DNA of 64,000 bases from Candidatus Lustribacter sp. (GCA_965277805.1 OZ255842.1:2688001-2752000), one strand, 5' to 3'. Positions 11,293 to 21,906 are shown, numbered from the stretch's first letter. The notes: generated by a model not told the origin, from the letters alone. Numbers and translations are program-made.

Positions 11293-11760
11293 TCAAGCCA
11301 GGCCGGCGAGGTGTCGCCGGTGGGCGATTGTGATGTATTCCGAGATCACGACCCCATGGAAAAAGACGTTGCCGACGAGCGCTTCCCAGAGCGGGGTGGT
11401 GCTCACCACCCGCATGATCGGCACCGCCACGTCTTCCGTAATGAAGAACATGAAGAAGCCGTAGGCGATGCCGCACAGGACCGAGGTCGGCGCCGTCCAG
11501 CTGGGCTTGAAGCGCGCGGCCATGCTGGCGTAAAAAATGCCGAAAATCGCCGCCGAAAAAAAGTGCAGAAAGAGCCCGAAGAGCAGGCCGACCAGCGGCA
11601 CCGCCTCGATCCGCGGCCCGAACACGCCGACGGCGAATTGCACGAAGTAGTCGCCGAGCACGGGCTCGTGGACGATGGCGACCCCGACGAAGAGGAAGAA
11701 CAACGCCGAAACCAAGCCGGCAATAATGCCGCCGTAGAGCCCGTCCGACCAGCGTACCAT
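11293..11760 (-). CDS. Hypothetical membrane protein (about 4 TM helices)
   Basis: 155-aa ORF with four hydrophobic segments and intramembrane His residues (FLHF, FFHG). Confidence 0.75.
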   Translation of the reverse strand: MVRWSDGLYGGIIAGLVSALFFLFVGVAIVHEPVLGDYFVQFAVGVFGPRIEAVPLVGLLFGLFLHFFSAAIFGIFYASMAARFKPSWTAPTSVLCGIAYGFFMFFITEDVAVPIMRVVSTTPLWEALVGNVFFHGVVISEYITIAHRRHLAGLA

Positions 11761-11817
11761 GGCCTACAGACTTCGCGACCGAAAGGGCATCGCCTCGGCG
11801 GAACAAAGCCCTACGCC

Positions 11818-13785
11818 ATGACGACGCCCGCGCAACCCGAAGCCATCGAGGCCCTCCTCAAGGAAGCACGCCGTTCTCCGCCGCCGCCGGCCTTCGCCGC
11901 CCAGGCAAACGCCAAGCCCGGCGTTTATGAGGAAGCCGCCGACTCCGAGGCTTGGTGGACTAGCTGGGCGCGCAAGCTCGAATGGATGAAGCCGTTCACC
12001 AAAGGGCTCGTGTGGAACGAGCCGTTCGCGACCTGGTTCGCCGACGGCGAACTCAACGCGTCGGTCAACGCGCTCGACCGCCACGTGCGCAACGGCCTCG
12101 CCTCGTGCGTCGCCTACTACTTCGAGGGCGAACCGGGCGATCGCTGGAGCGTGACCTACGGCGAGCTTCTCGATCAGGTGTGCCGGTTCGCCAACGGCCT
12201 GCGCAAGCTCGGCGTGAAGAAGGGCGATCGCGTCGCGATCTACATGCCGATGATCGTCGAGCTGCCCGTCGCGATGCTCGCCTGCGCGCGCATCGGCGCG
12301 ACGCATTCGGTGATCTTCGGCGGCTTCGCGCCCGATGCGATCGTCGATCGCGTCAACGACTCGCAGTGCGTGGCGCTGATCACGGCCGACGCCGGCTGGC
12401 GCCGCGGCAAAGTCGTGCCGCTCAAGGCCAACTGCGATGAGGCGATCGCGAAGGGCATGCCCTCGCTCAAGCACGTGATCGTTGCCAAGCGCGTCGGCGA
12501 AAAAGTCGATATGGTGGCCGGCCGCGATCATTGGTGGGACGACGTCGTGAAGGATCAGCCGTCGACGTGTGAGCCCGAGCGCATGAACGCGGAAGACTTG
12601 CTCTTTCTGCTCTACACGTCGGGCACGACGGCGAAGCCGAAGGGCATCAAGCACAGCACCGGCGGTTACCTCACGCAAGTGACCGCGACGCACAATCTCG
12701 TGTTCGACATCAAACCCGAAACCGACGTGTACTGGTGCGCGGCGGACATCGGCTGGGTGACGGGCCACTCGTACATCGTGTACGGACCGCTCTGCAACGG
12801 CGTGACCAGCGTGCTGTACGAAGGCACGCCCGATTTCCCCGACAAGGACCGGCTCTGGGCAATCATCGAGCGCTATAAGGTGACGATTCTCTACACCGCG
12901 CCGACCGCGATCCGCACGTTCATGAAGTGGGGTACGGAGTACGTCGAAAAGCACAACCTGAGCTCGCTGCGGCTGTTGGGTTCCGTCGGCGAACCGATCA
13001 ATCCGGAAGCGTGGATCTGGTACCACACCTACATCGGGGGCGGACGCTGCCCGGTCGTGGATACCTGGTGGCAAACGGAAACCGGCGGCATCATGATCAC
13101 GCCGCTGCCCGGCGTTACGACGCTCAAGCCCGGCTCCGCAACGAAACCGTTCCCCGGCATCGGCGTCGACATTCTCGATGAGGCCGGCAACAGCGTGCCT
13201 CTCGGCGGCGGCGGTTACATCGTGCTCACGAAACCGTGGCCCTCGATGATGCGCGGCATCTACGGCGATGACAAGCGATACGCCGAGACGTACTGGTCGC
13301 GCTTCCCGCACAAGTATCTCGCCGGCGACGGCTGCAATCGCGACACCGACGGCGACTACTGGTTCATGGGCCGCATCGACGATGTGATGAACATCAGCGG
13401 CCACCGCATCTCGACGACCGAAGTGGAGTCGGCGCTGGTCGACTACCCTGACGTTGCGGAAGCCGCGGTGACGGGCAAGAACGACGACGTGACCGGCCAA
13501 GCGATTGCGGCGTTCGTCACGCTGAAGTCGCACGCCATCGGTTCGCCCGAACTCGCCGACAAGCTGCGCAAACACGTCTCCGAGAAACTCGGCAAGTTCG
13601 TGTATCCGAAGTACGTGACGTTCACGCAAGAACTTCCGAAGACGCGCAGCGGCAAAATCATGCGCCGGCTGCTACGCGACATCGCCGAAGGCCGCATGCT
13701 CGGTGACACCACGACCCTCGCCGACTCGAGCGTCGTCGCCGAACTCCAAGAACGCGCCGCCGCCGAAGCGCACAAGGAAGAGTGA
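11818..13785 (+). CDS. acs: Acetyl-CoA synthetase
   Basis: YTSGTTAKPKG, GEPINPEAW, DTWWQTETGG and PKTRSGKIMRR motifs; ATG at 11818 taken as true start. Confidence 0.96.
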   Translation: MTTPAQPEAIEALLKEARRSPPPPAFAAQANAKPGVYEEAADSEAWWTSWARKLEWMKPFTKGLVWNEPFATWFADGELNASVNALDRHVRNGLASCVAYYFEGEPGDRWSVTYGELLDQVCRFANGLRKLGVKKGDRVAIYMPMIVELPVAMLACARIGATHSVIFGGFAPDAIVDRVNDSQCVALITADAGWRRGKVVPLKANCDEAIAKGMPSLKHVIVAKRVGEKVDMVAGRDHWWDDVVKDQPSTCEPERMNAEDLLFLLYTSGTTAKPKGIKHSTGGYLTQVTATHNLVFDIKPETDVYWCAADIGWVTGHSYIVYGPLCNGVTSVLYEGTPDFPDKDRLWAIIERYKVTILYTAPTAIRTFMKWGTEYVEKHNLSSLRLLGSVGEPINPEAWIWYHTYIGGGRCPVVDTWWQTETGGIMITPLPGVTTLKPGSATKPFPGIGVDILDEAGNSVPLGGGGYIVLTKPWPSMMRGIYGDDKRYAETYWSRFPHKYLAGDGCNRDTDGDYWFMGRIDDVMNISGHRISTTEVESALVDYPDVAEAAVTGKNDDVTGQAIAAFVTLKSHAIGSPELADKLRKHVSEKLGKFVYPKYVTFTQELPKTRSGKIMRRLLRDIAEGRMLGDTTTLADSSVVAELQERAAAEAHKEE

Positions 13786-13789
13786 CCCA

Positions 13790-14809
13790 CTAGCCCCCGT
13801 CGGCGAGGCCGTGCGTGATCTGAACTTTTCCGTTGAGGATGTCTTGGACGGGAACTTGCGGGTAGCCGACTTTTAACGCCGTTGATTCGGCGTACGCGTC
13901 GGCGATGAGATCGCGCAACATCTTGGCGCCGGCAGCGAGCCGGTCGAGCGTAAAATTCACAGCGTCGGGGGTGACCGCGTCGAACGCACCGGCGCCTTCG
14001 AGTTGATACACCTGCGGCACGAACGAGTTCGTCTGCGCTAGGTAGGCCTCGACGCGCGGCAACACCGGTCCGGGCGCGGGTACGTACGGGGCGATGTGCG
14101 AGAGCACGGCGTCGGCGGTCGTGTGCGCGTTCACGAAGTCGCTCTCAAACTTCGCGTGAATCTTCTTCGACTGCGTGTAATTGTTCGGATTCGGGTAGCT
14201 GCCCCAGCCGTTGAAGTGCGCGCTGACGTGCAGCGGCTGCGAGCCGTCGGCAACGAAGTGGCCCCAGTAGCCGATGTCGCGCAGGATGAGCGTTTCACGC
14301 AGCTGGCGATCGTTGCCGTAGAACGTCTTGTCTGCCGGGTTCGTGGCGTTCGCTTCAGCAAACGAGTCGACGCGCCAGATGCCGAAATCTTTCACGAGCA
14401 ATGCGTAGCCGTCGGCGATTTCGTAGGGTAAGAAGCCGCGGTTGTACTCGTCGGTCGGTTTGGCGCCCTTACGCAGCGCGGTGTCATACGCTTCGCGCGT
14501 GATCGGAAGTGCCGAAAGCTTGAGCGTGCCGCCGATCGTGCCGTCATCTTCGAGATCGAGGAAATGCGCCGGATCCTCATCGCCGTCGCGCGTCTTGCCG
14601 GAGCCGCGGTCGCGGTCGGCCTCCGGTCCGAGCGCCGTAATCTCGGCGATTGCGTCAGGCGTGCGAATGAACGGAGGAACGCTGTCGGGCAGCGTCTGAA
14701 CGGCATCGCCGTTGATGAAGCGGTGGCCGACCGCACCCCAGGCAAACGCCGGGGCGGGCGCTACGAGGACGAGGCCGAGCAGCACCGCAAAAAGTGATGA
14801 TACGCGCAT
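13790..14809 (-). CDS. Secreted S1/P1-family nuclease
   Basis: Signal peptide ending AFA, mature N-terminus WGAVGH, HFVADGSQPLH and IHAKFE Zn-ligand motifs. Confidence 0.8.
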   Translation of the reverse strand: MRVSSLFAVLLGLVLVAPAPAFAWGAVGHRFINGDAVQTLPDSVPPFIRTPDAIAEITALGPEADRDRGSGKTRDGDEDPAHFLDLEDDGTIGGTLKLSALPITREAYDTALRKGAKPTDEYNRGFLPYEIADGYALLVKDFGIWRVDSFAEANATNPADKTFYGNDRQLRETLILRDIGYWGHFVADGSQPLHVSAHFNGWGSYPNPNNYTQSKKIHAKFESDFVNAHTTADAVLSHIAPYVPAPGPVLPRVEAYLAQTNSFVPQVYQLEGAGAFDAVTPDAVNFTLDRLAAGAKMLRDLIADAYAESTALKVGYPQVPVQDILNGKVQITHGLADGG

Positions 14810-14832
14810 GAACGAAGCCCTTCGCTAAGTCC

Positions 14833-15045
14833 CTAGGTGTTCCCGAGGGTATCGACGCTGATCTCGTTCAGTCGCCGGACGTTCTGATATGCGCCGCACG
14901 CGCAATGCATCCAGTCCTCGATCACGACGGTAAACGGTTGATCGCCACGGTAAAGGTAGCGCGCCGTCTGTTCGCCCGATTCGAAGTCGATCGGTTGACC
15001 GCAATGCCAACAAACCACGGGTGCCACCGTGCCGATGGGACGCAT
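14833..15045 (-). CDS. Small zinc-ribbon-like hypothetical protein
   Basis: 70 aa with CWHCG and HCACG; starts 2 nt after the dinG stop. Confidence 0.7.
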   Translation of the reverse strand: MRPIGTVAPVVCWHCGQPIDFESGEQTARYLYRGDQPFTVVIEDWMHCACGAYQNVRRLNEISVDTLGNT

Positions 15046-15047
15046 GA

Positions 15048-16991
15048 CTATACGTTGGATGGCACGTCATCCCACAGCGCGCCGAGGCTATCCAGCTCGG
15101 CAATTCGCGTTGCCGGCGGCAACGCATCGACGATCGTCGCCCCGTAACGCATACTCAAGGCACGCCCATCCAATAATGCAATGAGACCTCGATCACTTTT
15201 TGAGCGGATGAGCCGCCCGAATCCTTGTTTCAAACGGACGATTGCACTCGGGATCATGTACGCCTCGAAACCCGAACGGCCTCGTGCCTCGAGCGCGGCA
15301 ATGCGCGCGGCAACCAGCGGATCAGCCGGCGAGGGGAACGGCAGCCGGTCGATGATCACGCACGAGAGCTGATCGCCGACGACGTCGATGCCTTCCCAGA
15401 ACGTACCCGTGCCGAACAGCACTGCGTTTTTGGTGGAGCGGAACCAATCGAGCAGCGCGGTGCGCGGCAAATCGCCTTGCAGTTTGGTGGGAAACGTCAG
15501 CCGTTCGGCCAGGATCGCGTGCACTTCGCGCAAGCGCGCATACGACGTGAACAGCACGAACGCGCGCCCCGAGGTGCGGTCGAGACATTCTTCGATGATC
15601 GGCGCGGCTTTTTTGGCGAAATCCTTGTCCTTCGGGTTGAGATTTCCCGGTGCAATGTAGAGCCGCGCTTGCGATGCGTAGTCGAACGGCGAGGGCGCGA
15701 TCAATTCTTGCGCGGCCTCGATACCGAGCATCTCGCGCAGGAACGCGAACGATCGTCCTTCGGCCAGCGTTGCACTGGTCAGCACGACGCTCGGCGTACG
15801 CGCGAACAGATGCACGCGCAAAAACTCGGCGACTTCGAACGGCGCGGCGTTGAGTTCGTAGCGCGCATCGCGATCGCCACGTTCGACCCACGCGATCGTG
15901 TCGCGTTCGTCGGCCGGCACTTCGCCGCTCGTCGCTTGTTTGGCCGCAGATTCGATGCGGTCGACCGTCGCAATGTGCGCGGTCACGGCACGCAGTGCGA
16001 GATCGCGCCTGCGTTCGCTCTCGGCTTCGTTGTCGCTCGGACGCCGTAACGCCGTCATCCAATTGCCGTGGACCCAATTTTCGAGCCGGTAGAACGATTC
16101 GCGAATCGACGGCAGCAGGTCGAGGATCTCGTCGTTGGCAGCGACCGGATAGCGTTCGCCCGGCACGCGCGCCAGCACCATCTGCAAACGTCGCATCGCT
16201 TCGTCGATTTCGGCATCGTGAGAGGCCGGCACCGTGTAGGTGCGATGCAGCTTGCGCATCATGCGTCCTACGCCGCCGGCCGAGAGCGACGCCGTCAGGG
16301 CAGCGGTCGCGTACTTCTCGCACTGATGCGCTTCATCGAGAATTGCGACGTCATACGACGGCAAGAGCGTACCGCCGGCCACGAGATCGAGAAAGAACAG
16401 CGCGTGGTTGACGACGACGATATCGGCGAAGCGCGCCGCGTCGCGGCGTTTGAAGAAATGACAGTCGGCAAACCGCGAGCAGAACTCGCCCACGCAATCG
16501 TCGGCATCGGCGTCGAGGGCTTCCCAGTCGTCGCTGCGCGGGGTGAACGTGAGCTCGGCGCGATCGCCCGTTTCCGTGCGATCCGCCCAGAGCCAGAGCT
16601 TCTCCATCGCCGCGCTCGGCGCCACGAGCCGCTCCGCGCTCATCTTCTCGTACTTCTGCCGGCACAAGTAGTGATTGCGGCCCTTGAGCAGTTCGACGCG
16701 TGCCGTGATGCCGAGCGCGTTGACGACGAGCGGAATGTCCTTGCGCACGAGTTGCTCTTGCAGCGCGATCGTGCCGGTCGAGATCACGACCTTCTTCCCC
16801 GAACGCAATGCGGGCACGAGGTACGCGAGCGACTTGCCGACACCGGTACCGGCTTCTACCAACGTGTGGGCGTTCTCGAGAATGCCGCGCTCGATTAGTT
16901 GCGCCATTTGCACTTGACCCGGGCGTGCTTCAAAACCCGCCAGGGTTTTTGCGATGGGGCCCTGAGGACCGAACGTTTCGTCGATCTGCAT
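15048..16991 (-). CDS. DinG/YoaA-family ATP-dependent DNA helicase
   Basis: EAGTGVGKS, Fe-S cluster Cys residues, DEAH, FWEGID and QGFGRLIRS motifs. Confidence 0.93.
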   Translation of the reverse strand: MQIDETFGPQGPIAKTLAGFEARPGQVQMAQLIERGILENAHTLVEAGTGVGKSLAYLVPALRSGKKVVISTGTIALQEQLVRKDIPLVVNALGITARVELLKGRNHYLCRQKYEKMSAERLVAPSAAMEKLWLWADRTETGDRAELTFTPRSDDWEALDADADDCVGEFCSRFADCHFFKRRDAARFADIVVVNHALFFLDLVAGGTLLPSYDVAILDEAHQCEKYATAALTASLSAGGVGRMMRKLHRTYTVPASHDAEIDEAMRRLQMVLARVPGERYPVAANDEILDLLPSIRESFYRLENWVHGNWMTALRRPSDNEAESERRRDLALRAVTAHIATVDRIESAAKQATSGEVPADERDTIAWVERGDRDARYELNAAPFEVAEFLRVHLFARTPSVVLTSATLAEGRSFAFLREMLGIEAAQELIAPSPFDYASQARLYIAPGNLNPKDKDFAKKAAPIIEECLDRTSGRAFVLFTSYARLREVHAILAERLTFPTKLQGDLPRTALLDWFRSTKNAVLFGTGTFWEGIDVVGDQLSCVIIDRLPFPSPADPLVAARIAALEARGRSGFEAYMIPSAIVRLKQGFGRLIRSKSDRGLIALLDGRALSMRYGATIVDALPPATRIAELDSLGALWDDVPSNV

Positions 16992-17656
16992 CAGGCCCGC
17001 GGCGTATGTTCGGACGCTGGATCTTCCGGTGAATGTTCGATCGTGACGACGCCCGGATCCGGTCCGATGCGTTGCGCGTACTGCGGCCCGTCTGCTTCAA
17101 CCGCCACGCGCTGGCGCGGAATGCGAAAGAGCACGAGGCCGCACAGCGTGCCGGCGATCAAGCCGCCGACGTGATCGGCGATCGAGATGTTCGAGCCGGG
17201 CCACAGGCTGATCGCGAGGTTGATCACGATGATGCCAGTCGTTTGCTGCATGATGCTGCGGCCGCGCTCGCCTAAACGGAACCCGGCGATGGCGAGCGCG
17301 CCGAAGAGTCCGAAGATCGCACCGCTGGCGCCGATCGTGACGACGTCGGGCGTGAATTCGGTGACGGCCACCCCGCCGGCGAGCCCCGCCACCGCGTAGA
17401 TGATCGCCATGCGCGGCGTGCCGTAGATCAGCTCGACGAACGTGCCGACTTGGTAGAGCGCGATCATGTTGAAGAGCAAATGCATGTCGCTGCCGTGCAG
17501 AAACGCGGACGTGACGATGCGCCACCATTGCCCGTTTTGCAGCACCGGCCCGTAGAGGCCGCCGTGCGCGTAGAGCTGGGCCGGTTCCAAACCCCAAACG
17601 AGACGCTCGCACAGGTACACGATCACGTTGATCGCGACGAGCAGTTTCGTCAGCAC
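16991..17656 (-). CDS. Rhomboid intramembrane serine protease
   Basis: WR motif, HLLFNM, GASG and HVGG motifs. Confidence 0.92.
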   Translation of the reverse strand: MLTKLLVAINVIVYLCERLVWGLEPAQLYAHGGLYGPVLQNGQWWRIVTSAFLHGSDMHLLFNMIALYQVGTFVELIYGTPRMAIIYAVAGLAGGVAVTEFTPDVVTIGASGAIFGLFGALAIAGFRLGERGRSIMQQTTGIIVINLAISLWPGSNISIADHVGGLIAGTLCGLVLFRIPRQRVAVEADGPQYAQRIGPDPGVVTIEHSPEDPASEHTPRA

Positions 17657-17659
17657 GCG

Positions 17660-18349
17660 TTACGCGCTGCGGAGCGACGTTTCGCTAAGTTCGACCGAGA
17701 TGAGGCGGGCGAGTTCGAGCGAGATGGCGTGGCGGCCGCTCGGCCCGGTAAGGGTGACCGGACCGCCGAGCGGGGCGCGCGAAACGACATCGACGGCCGC
17801 CCCTGGGCGGATGCCGATCTCGTCGAGGAAGCGGAGCATCTCCGGCACGTCCTCGGCCACATCGACGATGCGCACTTTGGAGCCGGCATCAACGTCCGCC
17901 AGCTTGCGGTCCATCCGGTTGGGCTCGCTCAGGTCGGCGGCCGGGATCGGGAGGCCGTGAGGGCAGAATTTCGGGTCGCCGAGGACCGCCACGAGGCGTT
18001 CCTCGACCCGGGCGCTGATCGCGTGTTCGAGCCGGCACGCTTCTTCATTCACTTCGTCCCACGGCATTCCCAAGATGGTCGTGAGAAAGCACTCCGCCAG
18101 ACGATGGCGGCGCATGACCCGGACCGCGACGCTTAGACCGCGCTCGGTGAGCTTGGCCTCACCGCGAGCAACGTAAGCGAGATACCCCTCGGAGGCGAGC
18201 TTCTTGAGCATCCCCGATACGGAGGCCGGAGCAACCCCGAGGTCGGCTGCGAGGCCGGACGTGGTGACACCCGGCCCCTCGCGATCTAGGCGGTAGATGG
18301 CCTCCAAATACTCTTCCGTGGACTCATCGAAGTGGGTGTGACCGGCCAT
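17660..18349 (-). CDS. DtxR/MntR-family metal-dependent regulator with FeoA domain
   Basis: EEYLEAIY, RRHRLAE, EACRLEH and CPHG motifs; C-terminal FeoA-like domain. Confidence 0.93.
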   Translation of the reverse strand: MAGHTHFDESTEEYLEAIYRLDREGPGVTTSGLAADLGVAPASVSGMLKKLASEGYLAYVARGEAKLTERGLSVAVRVMRRHRLAECFLTTILGMPWDEVNEEACRLEHAISARVEERLVAVLGDPKFCPHGLPIPAADLSEPNRMDRKLADVDAGSKVRIVDVAEDVPEMLRFLDEIGIRPGAAVDVVSRAPLGGPVTLTGPSGRHAISLELARLISVELSETSLRSA

Positions 18350-18374
18350 TTTCGACTACTTCGACCATTGGTGT

Positions 18375-18404
18375 TTGACAACCTGATACCCGAACCGGTA
18401 GACT
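18375..18404 (+). promoter_or_regulatory. sigma70-type promoter for tRNA-fMet
   Basis: TTGACA-N18-TAGACT, 13 nt upstream of the tRNA. Confidence 0.65.
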
Positions 18405-18417
18405 GAGGCTCGCCCAT

Positions 18418-18494
<77 letters not shown>

Positions 18495-18496
18495 TT

Positions 18497-18522
18497 AAAA
18501 GCCCGGTAACACGGGCTTTTTT
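18497..18522 (+). terminator. Intrinsic terminator after the tRNA
   Basis: AAAAGCCCG-GTAACA-CGGGCTTTTTT. Confidence 0.85.
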
Positions 18523-18539
18523 CTTTGCATTTTGGATGC

Positions 18540-19190
18540 TGGTTGTAGTTTGGTTGCAGTCGGTCGTAACAAGCGACTCGATATGCGCTCCGAGCCGATC
18601 CAGCGCACCGTGCTGCGCGCCCGGAACGAGAAATTTGCAGCGACGGTTGGACCACTGTGGACGAGGATCGCTGCAGCATCGTTGGATCGACCCCGCTCGA
18701 GAGCATCGTAGTCGCCGCCGTATTCCGCGCGTCGTGCAGTCGCGTTGTCGATAGCCCGGCCTTGAGAGCTAGGCGAGCGAACCCGTTGTTTCGCCGCCTT
18801 GGGCGTGAGGCGCTCTCCCAGCTCATCGGTGAAAGCTGCCCCTCGTCCCGGTAGAGGCCCCGTCCACATTGCTGGTCGGCCTCTTGCACCGCCTCTGTGT
18901 CTTAACCGGCATTGACGTTACGAAGTGCGGCTCTCTCGTGGGGAATACGTGTGCAGCTCGTCGCACGTAAGGTTTGCACGTTGGTCTCGGGTGTCCGTCC
19001 GTCAAAGGCGAGGGCATTCACATCTGACGAGATCACGTCTCTTCTCTTTGTTTCCCGCGGCTCGCGCTGGAAAGCGTTCGTCGTCCATGCGCTAACGATC
19101 GGTGCACGCCGCGGCGAGCCCTGTGGCAGAACTGGGAACATGTTGATCTCAATGAGGGCCGGGTGACCATCCGTCAGTCGGTTTCGCAGA
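18540..19190. pseudogene. Tyrosine integrase remnant, frameshifted, fragments on both strands
   Basis: Minus strand FTDELGERLTP and RLHDARNTAATTMLSSGVDP (HxxR box); plus strand KARAFTSDEI...ALTIGARRGE (catalytic Arg box), then VTIRQS; adjacent to tRNA 3' end. Confidence 0.8.
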
Positions 19191-19422
19191 TCAACTCCGT
19201 CGCGATCAAAGGGACGAGATCCGGCCGCGCCCGCGGGTTGCCGCTCTCAACGAGAGCGATCGAGGATTCGAAAAGTAAACTAGAACGCATAGTCGATAAG
19301 CTTCTAATTTCGCCCATGTGAACAAATCTCGGGATCTGTGAGTACGAGACACGAAAAGAGTGCGCTCGCTCGCTTGTGCGGGGTGCGCGTCCCGACAACG
19401 CGAATTGTAGGATGCTGACGAC

Positions 19423-21906
19423 ATGCCAAGCGAAATGCCGGTGGAACGGCCCGCGTTCGGCGCGCTATTGCGCCGCCTACGCATCGAGGCGGACCTTTCT
19501 CAGGAGTTGCTGGCTGAGCGAGCGCACATCAGTCGCGCCGCGGTTAGCTCTCTGGAACGCGGGGCCAGGCACGCGCCGCAACGGCAAACGCTAACACTGT
19601 TAGCCCAGGCGCTTCGGCTGGACGCGAATCAACTCGCTCTTCTCGAAGATGCGGCCCGCCAATCGACGACCCGGCACCCCCGGCGAAACGATAGCGTCGA
19701 TGCGAATAACCAAGAGGTCGGACCGGCTGCGAACGTTCCCGCTACGCCGACGTCATTCGTCGGCCGAACTGTCGAGAGCGAAGCTCTATTAGGATTACTG
19801 CGCGCTGGATCGTGCGTCACGGTGTGGGGAAGCGGCGGTATCGGCAAGACTCGCCTCGTCATGGAGACTCTTTCGCTCGCCGCTACGCGCTTTAAGGGCG
19901 GCATCTTTTTCATATCATTGGCGGAGCTGACCAACCCGGCGGACATCCTGCGAACAATCGCGGCTTCAATCGACGTTCGCGAAGAAACGGAACGGCCGCT
20001 ACTCGAGACGATCGTAGATGTACTGCGCAACCTCCAGGCGCTACTTATCTTCGATAACGCCGAACATCTCGTCGCGGAATGCGCCCTCGTTGTCGCGCGT
20101 CTATTGAGCGACGCGCCGGGGCTCACAATCGTATGTACCAGTCGCGAACCACTGCGAATCGGGGGTGAGAGGGTGTTCGCGTTGGAACCGTTACCGGTGC
20201 CCGACCCAGATGATCCCGTCTTAGCAAATGCGCCGGCGGTTCGGTTGTTTCTCGATCGGGCTGAGAGTGCGGGCGTACGCTTCAACTACGCGGCCGAGCT
20301 GCGCACAATCGCCGCCATTTGTGTGCGTTTAGATGCGATCCCCCTAGCAATTGAGCTTGCAGCTGCTCGTACGCCCTTAATGAGCGCACGACAAATCGAG
20401 CGCCTGCTGGACGATCGCTTCCAGCTGCTGAACCGTGGCGATCGGAGCGCCGCAGCTCGGCATCAAACCCTTATCGGTGTGCTCGATTGGAGCAACGCCC
20501 TCTTGAGCGAAGCCGAGCGCATTGTGCTTCGGCGCGTTGCCGTCTGGCCTGGCAATTGGACGCTTGACGACGCCGTCTCGGTTGTAGGCGACGATCTTCT
20601 CGATCGCTGGGCGACGATAACGGCCCTCGGAGACCTCGTGAACCGCTCGTTGATCGTCGCGTTCGAAGCGCCCGAAGAGCGTCACTACAGGCTCCTACAA
20701 ACGACGCAGGCGTATGCGCTCGAACAAGCCCGCGCAGCTGGCGAGTCCGCGTTAATTGAACGGCGCCAGGCCGAGCGTCTTCGCAATGTTGTTTTGGAGG
20801 CGTCCGAGGCGTGGCGAAGTGGTGACGACCTCCCGTTCCGGCGAATCGAGACGGCATCTCTGCGTGCAGCTCTGCGCTGGGCAATTACGTTACGCGGCGA
20901 TGTGTCGCTCGGCGCTGTTATAGCAGGCGATGCGGCAATGGCCTGGGATTTTCGCGGCGCGCATCAAGAAGGCTTGAACTGGATCGAGGAGGCACTCGCT
21001 GCTCTGGAGCCAAGCGACGTTGCGCCGCGCGTTCGTGCTTTAATCGGGTCAGCGCGACTTGCCCGCCGTCTACACGAGTATGTCCGCGCCTTCGACATCG
21101 GGCATCGTGCCGCTGAGCTTGCCGCATCGGTAGACGATCGCAGGCACCGGGCCATCGCACTCTTACTCACTGGACATCCCGCGATGACAATCGGAGAGTC
21201 GGAGTTGGGGCGCGCAGCGCTGCGAGAGGCGGCTGAAATTTTTGAAGAACTTGGCGACGACCGGGGATTGACCGGCGCCTTCTACGAGCTGGCGGCGGTT
21301 GCATTTCTTGCCGGCGACTTCGAGGAAGCTCGTAGCCGCCTTGCCGAACTCGCAACGCGCTTTCGCAACGCTGGAAATGCTCGGCCAGCAACCGAAGCGA
21401 CAATCGATCTTGCTGAGGCAGAATTTCACCTCGGCAACACCCACGAGGCCATTGCGCGTGCGAGCGATGCACTTGCGAGCGCGCGAAGGCTCGGTTCAAC
21501 GCTGCTTGTCGTAACGGCGACCCAGAATATCGCTGGATACTTGATTCAAGCTGGTGACCTCGCACAGGCTCTGTCTTATGCGCGTTCATCGCTTGACCTT
21601 GCACTCGCGCACGCCTATCGAGTACATGCCGGTTATTCGGTCCTCCACATCGCGGCAATTTTAGCGTTGTGCGACGACGCCTATGACGCAGCGCTTTTAT
21701 GCGGCTACGCGAAGGCACGATTACATCAACGTAACGATCGTCATCAATCGACCGAACTCCAAGAGTATGTTTCGCTGCAGAGACGCCTCAATCAGGCCTT
21801 TACTGCCGAGGTCTGTCGCGCGCTCATTGCTGAGGGCGCCGAACTCGACGACGACGAAGCCATGGCGCTCATATCGGACATCACGCCATCTATCGCGGCT
21901 GGGTAG
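19423..21906 (+). CDS. XRE HTH + STAND-type NTPase + winged helix + TPR regulator
   Basis: LSQELLAERAHISRAAVSSLERG HTH; Walker A GSGGIGKT; Walker B LLIFDNAEH; TSREPL; PLAIELAAAR; helical repeats at C-terminus. Confidence 0.9.
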   Translation: MPSEMPVERPAFGALLRRLRIEADLSQELLAERAHISRAAVSSLERGARHAPQRQTLTLLAQALRLDANQLALLEDAARQSTTRHPRRNDSVDANNQEVGPAANVPATPTSFVGRTVESEALLGLLRAGSCVTVWGSGGIGKTRLVMETLSLAATRFKGGIFFISLAELTNPADILRTIAASIDVREETERPLLETIVDVLRNLQALLIFDNAEHLVAECALVVARLLSDAPGLTIVCTSREPLRIGGERVFALEPLPVPDPDDPVLANAPAVRLFLDRAESAGVRFNYAAELRTIAAICVRLDAIPLAIELAAARTPLMSARQIERLLDDRFQLLNRGDRSAAARHQTLIGVLDWSNALLSEAERIVLRRVAVWPGNWTLDDAVSVVGDDLLDRWATITALGDLVNRSLIVAFEAPEERHYRLLQTTQAYALEQARAAGESALIERRQAERLRNVVLEASEAWRSGDDLPFRRIETASLRAALRWAITLRGDVSLGAVIAGDAAMAWDFRGAHQEGLNWIEEALAALEPSDVAPRVRALIGSARLARRLHEYVRAFDIGHRAAELAASVDDRRHRAIALLLTGHPAMTIGESELGRAALREAAEIFEELGDDRGLTGAFYELAAVAFLAGDFEEARSRLAELATRFRNAGNARPATEATIDLAEAEFHLGNTHEAIARASDALASARRLGSTLLVVTATQNIAGYLIQAGDLAQALSYARSSLDLALAHAYRVHAGYSVLHIAAILALCDDAYDAALLCGYAKARLHQRNDRHQSTELQEYVSLQRRLNQAFTAEVCRALIAEGAELDDDEAMALISDITPSIAAG

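Noticed and set aside
11029-11817. 918-aa Acs with an N-terminal extension
   Set aside because: The extension overlaps hrcA, its promoter and a membrane protein gene on the other strand; Acs homology starts at ATG 11818.
19423-21906. Avs-type antiphage STAND defence system
   Set aside because: The N-terminal domain is an XRE HTH, not a nuclease, protease or SIR2 effector; it fits a transcriptional regulator.
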